DNA of 64,000 bases from a phage. The DNA is taken from sequence record PZ347775.1. The stretch is one strand, 5' to 3'. This document shows positions 10,843-21,102 of this stretch, one piece after another (the stretch's first letter is position 1; each line of letters starts with the position of its first letter). The notes beneath the pieces were generated by a model that was not told where the DNA came from, made no database searches, and saw only the letters and a program-made list of their open reading frames with translations. The position numbers and the translations under genes were made by a program.

Positions 10843-11060
10843 GCATTCATCAACTTAGCCGCTTCAAGAGCTGCATCTAGTGAATCAAACTGGTCAACGT
10901 ATTCAATCAATTCGCCATAATTAGCGTATAACCACCATTGGCTAAATTCATACTCAAGGATGAATCCATTTCCTTCAATTTGAGTTAAACCAATGCCATT
11001 TGTATTTACTTCATATCCGGCAAGACGCAAATCGTTAATAAGAGCTTCGTTCATATTCAT
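10839..11060 (-). CDS. hypothetical protein
   Basis: 73 aa ORF, overlapping stop/start with neighbours. Confidence 0.45.
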   Translation of the reverse strand: MNMNEALINDLRLAGYEVNTNGIGLTQIEGNGFILEYEFSQWWLYANYGELIEYVDQFDSLDAALEAAKLMNA

Positions 11061-11383
11061 ACCTTAGCAATTTTCAGGTCAGCAAATTTTTTCTTGCGTT
11101 GATTTTTCATACGACGAATAGTTTTATCAGAAATTTCATGCTTTTGATAAGCTTTAGATTCTACACCAAAAGCTTTAACATCAAATTCTGACAAGATATA
11201 TTGAACCAACAATTCACGGATAGTATTTCGTCCAATTTTTTGATCATTCTGTTTCATCGTCTGATGAAGCTCTTTTTCCCATTTATCCAAAATTTGAGGA
11301 GTAACAATATCGCCTTTTTCTAGCAGAGAAACTACTTTATCATATGCGTAAGAATTGATGGCGTTTTTAATTTGAATAGTCAT
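11057..11383 (-). CDS. hypothetical protein
   Basis: 108 aa ORF. Confidence 0.5.
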   Translation of the reverse strand: MTIQIKNAINSYAYDKVVSLLEKGDIVTPQILDKWEKELHQTMKQNDQKIGRNTIRELLVQYILSEFDVKAFGVESKAYQKHEISDKTIRRMKNQRKKKFADLKIAKV

Positions 11384-11421
11384 ACATTATCCTCAATTAC
11401 ATTAAAATTTTATTATCCAAA

Positions 11422-11437
11422 AAGGGCCGAAGCCCTT
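11422..11437 (-). terminator. UUCG-tetraloop hairpin
   Basis: aagggccgaagccctt 3' of ORF 11436..11636. Confidence 0.45.
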
Positions 11438-11636
11438 AGCTAAACTGTTTGGCACCCTTCCAGCCTTCGTACATCATTGCAGCTGATATTAATATTGCTC
11501 CTGAGCAACTTGAATATTTGTGATTCCAAAACCAGTTTAGAAAAACTTCGTCATCAATACCTTGAGCTATCATATTTTCAAAGAACTGACGACGAGCTTC
11601 GGCAATTCGTTGTGATAATTTAGATTCAGGATTCAT
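11436..11636 (-). CDS. hypothetical small protein
   Basis: 66 aa ORF followed by UUCG hairpin. Confidence 0.4.
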   Translation of the reverse strand: MNPESKLSQRIAEARRQFFENMIAQGIDDEVFLNWFWNHKYSSCSGAILISAAMMYEGWKGAKQFS

Positions 11637-11775
11637 TTAAATTTTCCAGTTACCGTTTTCATCAATGAATTTAATCCAGTCATTTACTGACCACTTGGTC
11701 GTATCGCCTTTTGGAGCAATATTTAAAGTGTATAATCCTTGTTTAAAAAGCATGCGTTTGATATTCATATTTTCC

Positions 11776-12069
11776 TCAGCTGTAACGATAGCACTCGTTT
11801 GATTTGCGCTTAGCAACTCGTTGAGAAGTATTATAATCAAAATCATCATCAATGTAAACTGATTTTTTCAACTTTCTTACTTCACCACGTAATTGGCGAT
11901 TTAGCTCATCTTTAACTTCTGAGTCAATGCCTTTCATTCTACGCCATTTATCTGAGCGAAAAATGTTTTCAACCATATCTTTATGACTTACACCATCAGG
12001 AGCTTTACGCTTTCCGAAATAGTCATAATCACGAACTTTTAAGTCTTTACGACGATACGTTTTACCCAT
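11776..12069 (-). CDS. hypothetical basic protein (ORF track 11776..12114; internal start likely)
   Basis: Lys/Arg-rich ORF. Confidence 0.4.
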   Translation of the reverse strand: MGKTYRRKDLKVRDYDYFGKRKAPDGVSHKDMVENIFRSDKWRRMKGIDSEVKDELNRQLRGEVRKLKKSVYIDDDFDYNTSQRVAKRKSNECYRYS

Positions 12070-12384
12070 TGAGTTTAATTTCCTTAGCAACTGAACTAAA
12101 TACAGCACGATCACAAATCATCTGTTTATGTAACTTGAGTATAAGATAATAAACTTCAAAACCGTTTACATAAGTAACACGAACAACATTACCATTAATA
12201 AAATAATATTGTCCCTTTTTAATTTCTTTATCAACCACAATCATATCAAATCCTCAAAGGCAATTCATATGTTAATAATACCACAGTTTGAACTTCTTGT
12301 AAACAACTTTGTGAAATTATTTTAGGGAATGATAAGAAGGGAACGATAGCTTAGAATGGTAATATACAGAATGTGTGAAAGAAA

Positions 12385-12397
12385 GGCCCAGAGGGCC
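12385..12397 (-). terminator. hairpin plus U-run terminator after nrdH
   Basis: GGCCC-UCU-GGGCC followed by UUUCUUUC on minus-strand RNA. Confidence 0.5.
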
Positions 12398-12401
12398 CGT
12401 C

Positions 12402-12710
12402 TTAGTCTTCTATGATATCTCTATCATATCCAAGTGAAATGAGAGTTTCTTTGAAGTGTTTAATGTTCTTTTGTCTAGAATCATTGATGAAAATGACTGG
12501 ATAACGAATGTTAAGAGATGTGAATCCAGCGCGTTTAGCAAGAGATACAATCAGTGGACGATCATACTCAATCTTACCATTATTTGTAAGAACTTTATAG
12601 AAAGTAAAAGGAGCATTGAGCTCCTTTAGAAGTTTTGTAACTGATTGACATCCAGGACAACGACCTACTTCATCTGGAATTCCATAGACTTCAATCTTGT
12701 TTTGTTTCAC
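12402..12710 (-). CDS. nrdH: glutaredoxin-like protein NrdH
   Basis: 102 aa with CPGCQ redox motif, directly upstream of nrdG/nrdD. Confidence 0.8.
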   Translation of the reverse strand: MKQNKIEVYGIPDEVGRCPGCQSVTKLLKELNAPFTFYKVLTNNGKIEYDRPLIVSLAKRAGFTSLNIRYPVIFINDSRQKNIKHFKETLISLGYDRDIIED

Positions 12711-12712
12711 AA

Positions 12713-12949
12713 CTATTCCTTACTAAGAGCAGCATTCAGCTTATTAGTAATTTTATCCAGACGCTCATTGAACTCACTAGAAGATAGTCCTTTTTCTGGA
12801 GAAATCAAACTAATCACGAAAAATATAGCAATAAAAGGAATAAGGAAAATAGCTCCAACTGCCATAAACAAAAAGAATGTTACGGTTGTAAGAAAATCAG
12901 CTAAACCTTTACGAAATTTATACATATTTACCCTTAATTGATTAACCAA
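12713..12949 (-). CDS. small membrane protein
   Basis: 78 aa with hydrophobic segment VTFFLFMAVGAIFLIPFIAIFFVISLI. Confidence 0.5.
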   Translation of the reverse strand: MVNQLRVNMYKFRKGLADFLTTVTFFLFMAVGAIFLIPFIAIFFVISLISPEKGLSSSEFNERLDKITNKLNAALSKE

Positions 12950-13039
12950 GCATTGATAAGCACTAAACTATATTGCGAATAAAATTCTGGACCAAAATGA
13001 AAAATCATATCATTTATAGTGTCCATAATATAATTCAAT

Positions 13040-13510
13040 TTAATCATGTTTCCACACCCCATCGGTATTTGACCAAAGTCGCTGATTATCTGAACCTCGC
13101 CACAGCTTTTTGGTCGGAAGATTTTTCTCATACTTCCCATCAATAATAACATCAACATATTTAAGCATTTCTAGTTGTTTAATATCTTCAAACTTATATC
13201 CTGTCCACAACCAAATGCTTTTATTCGGATAAAGATTTTTTACTGTTTGAACAATGCAATGAACAACATCTCGGTTATCTGGATAGAGAGGGTCTCCTCC
13301 AGTTATAGTTAATCCTTCTATATAATCATTATTCAAACATTTAATTAATTGTTCTAGTGTTTCACCAGTGAATGGAACGCCATTTCTAGCATTCCATGTT
13401 GATTTATTATAACACCCTTCACATTTATGCAAACAACCTGTAACGAAAAGAACGACCCTGCATCCAGGGCCATTCACAAAATCACAGGGATAAAATCTAT
13501 CGTAATTCAT
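13040..13510 (-). CDS. nrdG: anaerobic ribonucleotide reductase activase NrdG (radical SAM)
   Basis: 156 aa with cysteine cluster (CLHKCEGC); start overlaps nrdD stop. Confidence 0.88.
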   Translation of the reverse strand: MNYDRFYPCDFVNGPGCRVVLFVTGCLHKCEGCYNKSTWNARNGVPFTGETLEQLIKCLNNDYIEGLTITGGDPLYPDNRDVVHCIVQTVKNLYPNKSIWLWTGYKFEDIKQLEMLKYVDVIIDGKYEKNLPTKKLWRGSDNQRLWSNTDGVWKHD

Positions 13511-15324
13511 TGGTGTTTAACCCTATGCATGATTTCTTTATTTTTGCCGAGATTAAATCCGCGTTCATTCGGATTTCCCAAATAACCACAAGTTCTTCTT
13601 ATTGTGTTCATCTTTTTAGGATCAGTTTCTCCACAAATAGAACAAACAAATCCGTTTTCAGTAGGAGTCATTTCATGGGTACTTCCACACGTAAAACATT
13701 TATCTACTGGCATGTTAACACCAAAATAATCTAAATGTTGTGCAGCATAATCCCATACAGCCTCAAGACCTTTTAGGTTATTTTTCATATCAGGAAGTTC
13801 AACATAAGAAATGTGACCGCCTGTCGCAATGAAATGATATGGGGCTTCGCGAGAAATCTTTTCAAACGGAGTAATATTTTCTTCTACTGAAACGTGGAAA
13901 CTATTAGTGTACCAGCCTTTATCAGTAACATCTTTTACACTTCCATATTTCTCAGTATCAAGTTTACAGAAGCGATAGCACAGGTTTTCAGCAGGAGTAG
14001 AATACAAGCTAAAAGCAAAACCAGTTCTTTCAGTCCACTGCTTAAGACGAGCATTCATTTTAGTTAAAATTTCCTGTCCAATATCACGCCCGACAAGAAT
14101 ATTCAATTCGTGAATACCAATGTATCCTAAGGACACTGAACTTCTACCGTTTTTAAATAACTCAATTATATCGTCATCAGGTTTAAGACGAACCCCGAAT
14201 GCACCTTCTTGGTAAAGAATAGGAGCAACAGTAGCTTTAACTCCTTTTAAGGAACTAATTCTACACATCAATGCTTCAAAACATAAATCCATTCTCTCAT
14301 TGAACAATTCGGCAAATTTCTGTTCATTGAACTGTGTTCCAATATAAGAATCTAGTGCAATGCGAGGAAGATTCAGTGTTACAACACCAAGATTATTACG
14401 TCCATCAAGAATTTCATTACCAGTCGAATCTTTCCATACACCCAAGAAACTACGACAACCCATTGGAGAAACAGGAATAGATGAACCGGTGATAGCTTTA
14501 TTGTTCTTAGCCGAAATGATGTCAGGATACATTCTTTTACTTGCACACTCTAGAGCAAGCTGCTTAATATCATAGTTCGGATCGTCTTTATAAAGATTAA
14601 CACCTTCTTCAACGAACATAACAAGTTTAGGGAAAATAGGAGTTATCCCATCACGACCAAGGCCTTTAATACGATTTTTCAGAATTGCTTTCTGAATCAT
14701 TCGTTCAGTCCAGTCAGTTCCCGTACCAAATGTAATTGTTACAAAAGGCGTTTGTCCGTTTGAACTAAAGAGAGTATTTACTTCATATTCATAAGCTTGG
14801 AATGCATCGTATACGTCTTTTTCTGTTTTAGATTGGGCATAATTCAACGCATCAGCGATTTGCCATTTTTCTGCATCCTCAATATGTTTTGCATAGGTGC
14901 GTTTAACATAAGGAGAAAGGACTTTATCTACATTCGCAAAAGTCGTTCCACCATATTGATGGGAAGCAACCTGTGCAGTAATTTGTGCCATAATTGCAGT
15001 AGCAACACCGATTGATTTAGGAGTTTCAATCTGTGCATTACCGAGCTTAAATCCGTTCTCAAGCATTCCTTTTAAATCTACTAAACAGCAATTAGTAAAT
15101 GGAAGAGCAGGGGAATAATCAATATCATGGAAATGAATAATTCCGCTTTCATGCGCTTTCATAATAAAAGACGGGACCATATTTTTGGCAATGTGTTTAG
15201 ACACAATACCAGCCATAAGGTCCCGTTGAGTTGGAAAAACACGAGAATCTTTATTAGCATTCTCGTTTAAAAGGTCTTTATTAGTTTTATGAATCAATCC
15301 TTCAATTTCTTTTTCAATTGTCAT
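13507..15324 (-). CDS. nrdD: anaerobic ribonucleotide reductase NrdD, uninterrupted
   Basis: 605 aa; C-terminal zinc ribbon and glycyl-radical motif RRTCGYLG; one continuous ORF. Confidence 0.92.
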   Translation of the reverse strand: MTIEKEIEGLIHKTNKDLLNENANKDSRVFPTQRDLMAGIVSKHIAKNMVPSFIMKAHESGIIHFHDIDYSPALPFTNCCLVDLKGMLENGFKLGNAQIETPKSIGVATAIMAQITAQVASHQYGGTTFANVDKVLSPYVKRTYAKHIEDAEKWQIADALNYAQSKTEKDVYDAFQAYEYEVNTLFSSNGQTPFVTITFGTGTDWTERMIQKAILKNRIKGLGRDGITPIFPKLVMFVEEGVNLYKDDPNYDIKQLALECASKRMYPDIISAKNNKAITGSSIPVSPMGCRSFLGVWKDSTGNEILDGRNNLGVVTLNLPRIALDSYIGTQFNEQKFAELFNERMDLCFEALMCRISSLKGVKATVAPILYQEGAFGVRLKPDDDIIELFKNGRSSVSLGYIGIHELNILVGRDIGQEILTKMNARLKQWTERTGFAFSLYSTPAENLCYRFCKLDTEKYGSVKDVTDKGWYTNSFHVSVEENITPFEKISREAPYHFIATGGHISYVELPDMKNNLKGLEAVWDYAAQHLDYFGVNMPVDKCFTCGSTHEMTPTENGFVCSICGETDPKKMNTIRRTCGYLGNPNERGFNLGKNKEIMHRVKHQ

Positions 15325-15794
15325 TTTAAACTCTTTCTAAGCTGCTTCTTAAATGAAGCTATTAATTGTGTTTTAGTGTCAGATTCATTATATTCAAATC
15401 CTCTTTGAAGCATCTCAGCCATCATTTCCTCTTTTCCTAAACGAGAAAATTCCTTTGATTTATCTCCAACGAAGTTAGGGTGAATATTATTTTGGGTGTA
15501 ATCGGATTTTAAATAAGTAAGTAAATTTTCTAGCCATTCAAGATAATCAACACCTTGTCCCTTTAAGCCAGAACGATTGAATTTATGCTTCATTTGACCT
15601 TCTGCAGCATTACAGAGATTACATAGCAACCCACGTACCTTTCCTGCTTTTGGTCCATTTAATTCATGGTCATGGTCAAGGTGATTAGCTTGAACATCAG
15701 GATTTAGTTCTCGTTGGCAAATTAAGCATTTACCGTTTTGTGCATCATAAAATTTTTGTTTTTCTTCTTTGTATAATTTGCCAGTCAATAACAT
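15321..15794 (-). CDS. 49: endonuclease VII (Holliday junction resolvase) gp49
   Basis: 157 aa, MLLTGKLYKEEKQKFYDAQNGKCLICQ... with HLDHDHEL motif, matches T4 endo VII. Confidence 0.92.
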   Translation of the reverse strand: MLLTGKLYKEEKQKFYDAQNGKCLICQRELNPDVQANHLDHDHELNGPKAGKVRGLLCNLCNAAEGQMKHKFNRSGLKGQGVDYLEWLENLLTYLKSDYTQNNIHPNFVGDKSKEFSRLGKEEMMAEMLQRGFEYNESDTKTQLIASFKKQLRKSLK

Positions 15795-15843
15795 AATAAA
15801 ACCCTTACCTTGAATAGATAAGGGTATTTATTATTTTCAAGTA

Positions 15844-16308
15844 TTAAAACGCTCGGTCAGAAAAAGAAATTTGAGTTTCAAGCCATTCAATATATTCTGC
15901 CGCAGCTTGCATCAAATTTCCTTCGTAATCATCAATTTCTTTTTTCAACGCCGATTTAGATAATGCATATGAAATGCGTTCACCTTGAAAAGCGGCTTTA
16001 GGTTTATGAATAGCTTGATCAACTCGTTCTACGACTTCTTCAATTTCGCCGTTTTCTGCGGATTCAGTATTCCACAAGCACCAATATGTAATTGGCTTAT
16101 CGTAAATGTTAATAATCTTTCCATCAGAAAGTTCAATTTCAATAATTCCAGTATCAGGTTCTATATCATCTTCGCATTCTTTTGTAAGTTCACGAACTTT
16201 AAAGACAGTACCTGCACTAAGTTCCGGCCAGTAATTACACAGCCCTGTATCAGCACGATTAATTCTAAACCACTTATCTACTGTAATCATGTCCCATCTC
16301 CATATCAA
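15844..16308 (-). CDS. hypothetical protein (occupies the position of T4 pin; identity not verified)
   Basis: 154 aa ORF between 49 and nrdC. Confidence 0.45.
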   Translation of the reverse strand: MIWRWDMITVDKWFRINRADTGLCNYWPELSAGTVFKVRELTKECEDDIEPDTGIIEIELSDGKIINIYDKPITYWCLWNTESAENGEIEEVVERVDQAIHKPKAAFQGERISYALSKSALKKEIDDYEGNLMQAAAEYIEWLETQISFSDRAF

Positions 16309-16413
16309 TTAAGTCATTTATCGTTGGTTCATTATATACTGTTTCTTCATCAGTGTAAACCGGTTCTTCCGGCTCTGGCTCTACTGTTTCCCATCTAGCC
16401 GCCCACCAAGGTT

Positions 16414-16734
16414 TTATAGCGTAATCCATTCTCGTATTGTCTGAGTTACTACACGTTCATGGGGCTCGACTAGTTCAACAGTTGGAACTGCATAATACCA
16501 GTCAGAATGGTAAGAACCTGAGCGAGATTCATTTACGGAAACATGTACATTATGTTTTGGACTAAAATAAACGCACTGCCGATATTGGCATTTGCCATCT
16601 TGTACCCAATCTTCTATTTCGACAGGTTTAAGATAATCCGAAAAATCGAAATCATAATTTTCTGAAAATGCATCATGGTCTTCGATGATTTCACTCAGAA
16701 CTGCATCAACATCTAATTTATTTTCAATAGTCAT
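16414..16734 (-). CDS. hypothetical protein
   Basis: 106 aa ORF. Confidence 0.45.
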   Translation of the reverse strand: MTIENKLDVDAVLSEIIEDHDAFSENYDFDFSDYLKPVEIEDWVQDGKCQYRQCVYFSPKHNVHVSVNESRSGSYHSDWYYAVPTVELVEPHERVVTQTIREWITL

Positions 16735-16744
16735 TTGTCACCAA

Positions 16745-16954
16745 TTAATTTCGCAATTTATTAAGTTCTTCATAATCAATCCAGGATTCTAATCCTGATG
16801 GCAAATCAGATTCAATTTCCCAAAGAAGCTCTTCAATTTTCTGAAGACGATCTAATTCTTCGGCTGGAATAGTAACCATTGACGGAGTTCTTGATACACT
16901 AATATCGTAAATCATATTTACCCCAGTTTGACCATGCAATCGCCATATTTCCAT
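16745..16954 (-). CDS. hypothetical small protein
   Basis: 69 aa ORF. Confidence 0.4.
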   Translation of the reverse strand: MEIWRLHGQTGVNMIYDISVSRTPSMVTIPAEELDRLQKIEELLWEIESDLPSGLESWIDYEELNKLRN

Positions 16955-17133
16955 TTAGAAATAGACTTTTCACCGTTAGAATAATAAACTTCGAGTTTAG
17001 CACGATTATTTTTAATTTGAATAACCTTTGCTGTCATCAAAGTTCCATACCCGTAATAAACTGCAACCTCATCACCTACATATACCGCGCTTCCGCGGTA
17101 GTCATGGATATAATCAGTTCCTTCGAGCATCAT
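16918..17133 (-). CDS. hypothetical small protein
   Basis: 71 aa ORF, start overlaps nrdC stop. Confidence 0.4.
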   Translation of the reverse strand: MMLEGTDYIHDYRGSAVYVGDEVAVYYGYGTLMTAKVIQIKNNRAKLEVYYSNGEKSISKWKYGDCMVKLG

Positions 17134-17393
17134 TTAAAGTATTCCCGCAATTGGTCAAATCCACCAATATGACTTCCATCAGGAGCAAATACTTGTGGCA
17201 TTGTCAAACCAATTTGAGTATCACGACCCAGTTTAGTTAGAAGCTCAGCGATTTTCTCATCATCAAAAACACCTTTTTCCGGCATAATATTGATAAATTC
17301 AAACGGCTGTTTCTTCACAGTCAAAAGACGTTTTGCATTATCGCAATACACACATTTATGGATGCTGCTATCATAACCATATACTTTAAACAT
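17130..17393 (-). CDS. nrdC: glutaredoxin/thioredoxin NrdC
   Basis: 87 aa with CVYC active site, matches T4 NrdC. Confidence 0.9.
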   Translation of the reverse strand: MFKVYGYDSSIHKCVYCDNAKRLLTVKKQPFEFINIMPEKGVFDDEKIAELLTKLGRDTQIGLTMPQVFAPDGSHIGGFDQLREYFK

Positions 17394-17394
17394 A

Positions 17395-17637
17395 TTATTC
17401 CTTAATTCCTAGTACTTGTTTAAAAGTCTCGTCGTAATCAAGACTTTGACCTGTTTGTTCTTTATGTTTGTATATAATATCACTTACTTCTGATAGCATA
17501 TTTTTATATGAACGAGTTAAAGCAGATTTAAGCACGCTGTATCTATCAGGAAATTTACCATGTTCATTATAATACGCTATTGCTAATTCACGGACTGCCT
17601 TTTCAGCAATCTCCATATATTCTTTACGCTTTGTCAT
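17395..17637 (-). CDS. hypothetical small protein (ORF track 17395..17772; likely starts MTKRKEYME)
   Basis: Internal ATG resolves the overlap with the upstream ORF. Confidence 0.4.
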   Translation of the reverse strand: MTKRKEYMEIAEKAVRELAIAYYNEHGKFPDRYSVLKSALTRSYKNMLSEVSDIIYKHKEQTGQSLDYDETFKQVLGIKE

Positions 17638-17638
17638 T

Positions 17639-18028
17639 TTAATCCAAAATATTATTAGGCATTGGTTGAACACTCGCAAGTTCTTTAAAGAACTCAGTAG
17701 AGTCAGGTAATTTAACCATTTCCGGAGCATGCTTGCTAAATTTGTGTTTACAATGACGGCATTTATATTCAAGTTCCGGTTTACGCCAGTTAATCAATTG
17801 AACCTGTTCAGTACCGCATTCAGGACAATTAGGAACGTTTTTAGAAGCCCTTTCGCGACGTTCAACCATAGCCATAATAGCATCCCAGGCTGGAGGTTTA
17901 AAATCTAAATCGTCACAACCATGAATCTTTCCACGCATTTCTAAATCGTCTTCTTCACCAGCCATAATAATTTTAATTAGACTGGAATTACTTGAAGCTG
18001 CAATATCTTCTAATAGACGCTTTTTCAT
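17639..18028 (-). CDS. hypothetical protein with putative zinc ribbon (CPEC...CRHC)
   Basis: 129 aa; two CxxC pairs ~20 aa apart. Confidence 0.5.
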   Translation of the reverse strand: MKKRLLEDIAASSNSSLIKIIMAGEEDDLEMRGKIHGCDDLDFKPPAWDAIMAMVERRERASKNVPNCPECGTEQVQLINWRKPELEYKCRHCKHKFSKHAPEMVKLPDSTEFFKELASVQPMPNNILD

Positions 18029-18954
18029 TTCAGTACCTCAATAGCATTACGTAAACCATTTGCTTTTGCATTAAGAGCTTTTAACAATTTAGTGTGTTCG
18101 GCAATTTGGGCTTCAACTTCAATCAAACGAGCATTGAGATATTCGCGTTCTTCGCTCAAGCTATCAACCTTTTCTACTTTAGGTTCTTTTACAACTGGCT
18201 TATATGTATTAGGGTTCTTCAGTTTAATTAGAATACGTGAACTGTATAACATTGAACCATTATTTTCGATTTCGTCATACATTTCTACTACGTCCATGAT
18301 TTTTAACATCATGCGGAGTTTATAAGATAACGAACGAATAGTTTTGTTGTGCTTATTAATTTCTCTAGCTGTCATGGTGCCGAGATTACGTGAGTAATAA
18401 TAAGGAACCTGGATATTAATTAATACTGATGAACCACCTGGCTTGTGTGTTACTTCATCAGCAATAACCCAGTCCTTAACATGAACTGTATTTGTACGGT
18501 CATCGCCCGCGGTAAATAGTTTACGAGCATGCTTAAAAAGCATATTCACTTGGTCATTGAAATGACAAGCAAATTTATCAGCAAATTTAGTTTCAGGAAT
18601 GGTAGATAACCAATCAGCCAAATGGGTCTTTTTAACATCGTTAACAATAGTAAATTCAACCAAATCAGTTATAGATGTCTCAGATTTAATAAAGCTCGGC
18701 TTCATAAAGTTTTTAATGTTATCGCGAGCTACAGTAGAAGATAACATACGAGAACGTTTAAACCATTCAAGCAAATTGCCTAACGAATAAGAATAAGCGT
18801 TTTGAGTATCTTTACAGATATGATTTTCCTGGCCAACATATTGAAGGAAATCACGAAGAATATTATTAATTACTGCTCTGTGTCCGATCTGATAATTACG
18901 GTGTTTAGTAATAAGACTGTCAAAATAATCAATATAATGTTTACGAGTTTTCAT
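18025..18954 (-). CDS. hypothetical protein, paralog family A member 1 (C-terminal coiled coil)
   Basis: 309 aa; shares basic/Leu-rich central motif and C-terminal heptad tail with the next three genes. Confidence 0.6.
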   Translation of the reverse strand: MKTRKHYIDYFDSLITKHRNYQIGHRAVINNILRDFLQYVGQENHICKDTQNAYSYSLGNLLEWFKRSRMLSSTVARDNIKNFMKPSFIKSETSITDLVEFTIVNDVKKTHLADWLSTIPETKFADKFACHFNDQVNMLFKHARKLFTAGDDRTNTVHVKDWVIADEVTHKPGGSSVLINIQVPYYYSRNLGTMTAREINKHNKTIRSLSYKLRMMLKIMDVVEMYDEIENNGSMLYSSRILIKLKNPNTYKPVVKEPKVEKVDSLSEEREYLNARLIEVEAQIAEHTKLLKALNAKANGLRNAIEVLK

Positions 18955-19006
18955 GTTCTTCTCACTTGGTTAATGATTTATACTCCGAGCCATCCTTGGC
19001 TTTAAA

Positions 19007-20059
19007 TTACTTAATTAACTGTAAAGCTTGTTCAAGACGATTCAGGCGATTAACAGATTCTTCCCAAATACTTTTAGCCTGCTCATATTCTTTCTGCGCT
19101 TTATTAGAAATTTCTAGAACTTCTTTATAAGCTTTTTCTAGTGCAATAACTTCTGGACGAATTTCTACCGGTTCAGGCGAATCGTCAAGATTATCCATTA
19201 GTTCCTCAAGGGTAGTTTCTTCTTTAGGAGTATTCACAATTTCTTCACATTTTTGTTGGTAAATTTCTTTATCAGTCGGTAAATAAGCACATTTCACTTC
19301 ACGAAGACTAACTACAATTTTATATCCTTCCCAACCGCATATATTCTTAAAAGGATACGTATGAATATTTTCTACTGTTTCCATACAAAGTAATGCGGTT
19401 TCTAATTGACGAGTTATAGTGCTAGCAATTGAGAAAAATTTATTAATGTTCTTTTGGTTAGTTTCTGGTGTAAAAAATCCATAATTCACAAAAATAGATA
19501 CTTTATTTTTATCAAGTTCATATTCTTTTACGATAATCATATCAGAAGCCAAAGGATGAATTTGACGATAATCGCCATAACATAATTTAGAAGCTGATTT
19601 TAGAATTTGCTTTTTGAAAAGTCTGAAATTACTAATCCAACGACGAGTAAAAATATTCTCAGGGTCTTCTTTATTATTAAGATGATAAGAATTAACATCA
19701 CCGAACCAATTATATCCTACTACATCTTTGGTTCGTTTAATTTCTTTCCCAAAATTACCAAGAATATCCCGATTAACCAAATATGAAAGAAGACGAGACT
19801 CTTTAAAGGTTTTCTTGATAACATCTTTATCTACACGACTAGAAATTTTACGAATTTCATGAATAAATTTAGTAGAAGAAACAATACCTGCATCAACACT
19901 ATTGAGCCATTGATTGATAATAGAAATAACGCTATTTTGACCAAACATCGGTATAGCTTTATCATCAATAACACTATTGAATGATTTGATATATTCGTTA
20001 CGAGTCATATTAATCTCCTCAGTAGAAAGTAAGAACATTATACCACATCCTTGTGGCAA
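19007..20059 (-). CDS. hypothetical protein, paralog family A member 2
   Basis: 350 aa; RRWISNFRLFKKQILKSASKL aligns with member 3. Confidence 0.6.
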   Translation of the reverse strand: MPQGCGIMFLLSTEEINMTRNEYIKSFNSVIDDKAIPMFGQNSVISIINQWLNSVDAGIVSSTKFIHEIRKISSRVDKDVIKKTFKESRLLSYLVNRDILGNFGKEIKRTKDVVGYNWFGDVNSYHLNNKEDPENIFTRRWISNFRLFKKQILKSASKLCYGDYRQIHPLASDMIIVKEYELDKNKVSIFVNYGFFTPETNQKNINKFFSIASTITRQLETALLCMETVENIHTYPFKNICGWEGYKIVVSLREVKCAYLPTDKEIYQQKCEEIVNTPKEETTLEELMDNLDDSPEPVEIRPEVIALEKAYKEVLEISNKAQKEYEQAKSIWEESVNRLNRLEQALQLIK

Positions 20060-20065
20060 AGTAAA

Positions 20066-21094
20066 CTAGTTCAGTGCATTTAGTGCATTGTTCAGTTTAG
20101 AACGTTGCTTCGTAAGATTTTTGACTTTTTCTTGAGCTTTTTCTAGTATCTTTTCAGCTTCTAGCACTTCATTAGTTGCTTTAACGAGTTCATCATCTAC
20201 TGCCTTGATAGACTTCTCAATCGCATCGGCATGCCATTTTTCAACAGGTTTAAGACTCGGATTTTCAACAGGAAGAAAATTCACTTTATTGAATTTCCAT
20301 GCATCCTTATTACCTGAACTATACATCCAAAATTTAGGATCGTTTGATGAGTAATTGGATAAATTTAAATTTAAGTTATCTTGTACTTCTTGCTTTTTCT
20401 CTTGTGGGACTTCGTCCTTTCTCAAAAAATCGTATTTAAATGAAACGATCATATCAAGTTCATATGTTGTTGTGTCTAATTTAAATCGCTCAAAACGAGG
20501 TAAAATCTTAGACTGAACTGCAGCAACAACGTCCATATACTTAAATGCTTCTGTCAACTGCGATTTAAGGCATTCGCAAATTGAAAGAGAATTTTTTGTA
20601 TTAGGTTTAAAGCTAATTCGTGCAGTTCTGTTATTTTCTTTTAATGGTCTTACTTCCATCTGAAGAGTATAACCATCAAATTTCAGGTTCTTTAAGTTAA
20701 TATCAGAACCTTTTAATCGACTCGCAGTTGATAAAATTTGCTTTAATTGTCTACGGAACAGAGCAATAAATCTCCATTCAATACGATAATGATTTGGATT
20801 GAAAAATCCAGATGATAAATCGACCTTACTTTGACCAACGCCTTGAACAAATAAAGGATTTTTATAATCAATAGTTTTACAGAAATCGGTGAGTTGCTCA
20901 CGAGCAGTCATTTGTGTAATATAACCCGCTTTACTAAAATTACGCACCCATTCACTGCTATTCGTATACTTAAAGTGATGAATAACACGATTAACTTTAT
21001 CAGGGTCTAAATTATTTTCACACAAAAATGTCATAACATCACGAGTATAGCTGGCGTTACGAACCATATCTTCAATTTGAGAACGAGTTTTCAT
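20066..21094 (-). CDS. hypothetical protein, paralog family A member 3
   Basis: 342 aa; IEWRFIALFRRQLKQILSTASRL. Confidence 0.6.
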   Translation of the reverse strand: MKTRSQIEDMVRNASYTRDVMTFLCENNLDPDKVNRVIHHFKYTNSSEWVRNFSKAGYITQMTAREQLTDFCKTIDYKNPLFVQGVGQSKVDLSSGFFNPNHYRIEWRFIALFRRQLKQILSTASRLKGSDINLKNLKFDGYTLQMEVRPLKENNRTARISFKPNTKNSLSICECLKSQLTEAFKYMDVVAAVQSKILPRFERFKLDTTTYELDMIVSFKYDFLRKDEVPQEKKQEVQDNLNLNLSNYSSNDPKFWMYSSGNKDAWKFNKVNFLPVENPSLKPVEKWHADAIEKSIKAVDDELVKATNEVLEAEKILEKAQEKVKNLTKQRSKLNNALNALN

Positions 21095-21102
21095 GGTGTT
21101 CC

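Noticed and set aside
12645-12941. 98-aa plus-strand ORF antisense to the small membrane protein gene after nrdH
   Set aside because: The minus-strand ORF fits operon packing and has a plausible transmembrane segment; the plus ORF is probably a shadow frame
17395-17772. Full-length 125-aa ORF overlapping the 129-aa ORF 17639..18028 by 134 nt
   Set aside because: An internal ATG that abuts the upstream stop (ATGA arrangement) is the more parsimonious start; the long N-terminal extension is hydrophobic low-complexity sequence
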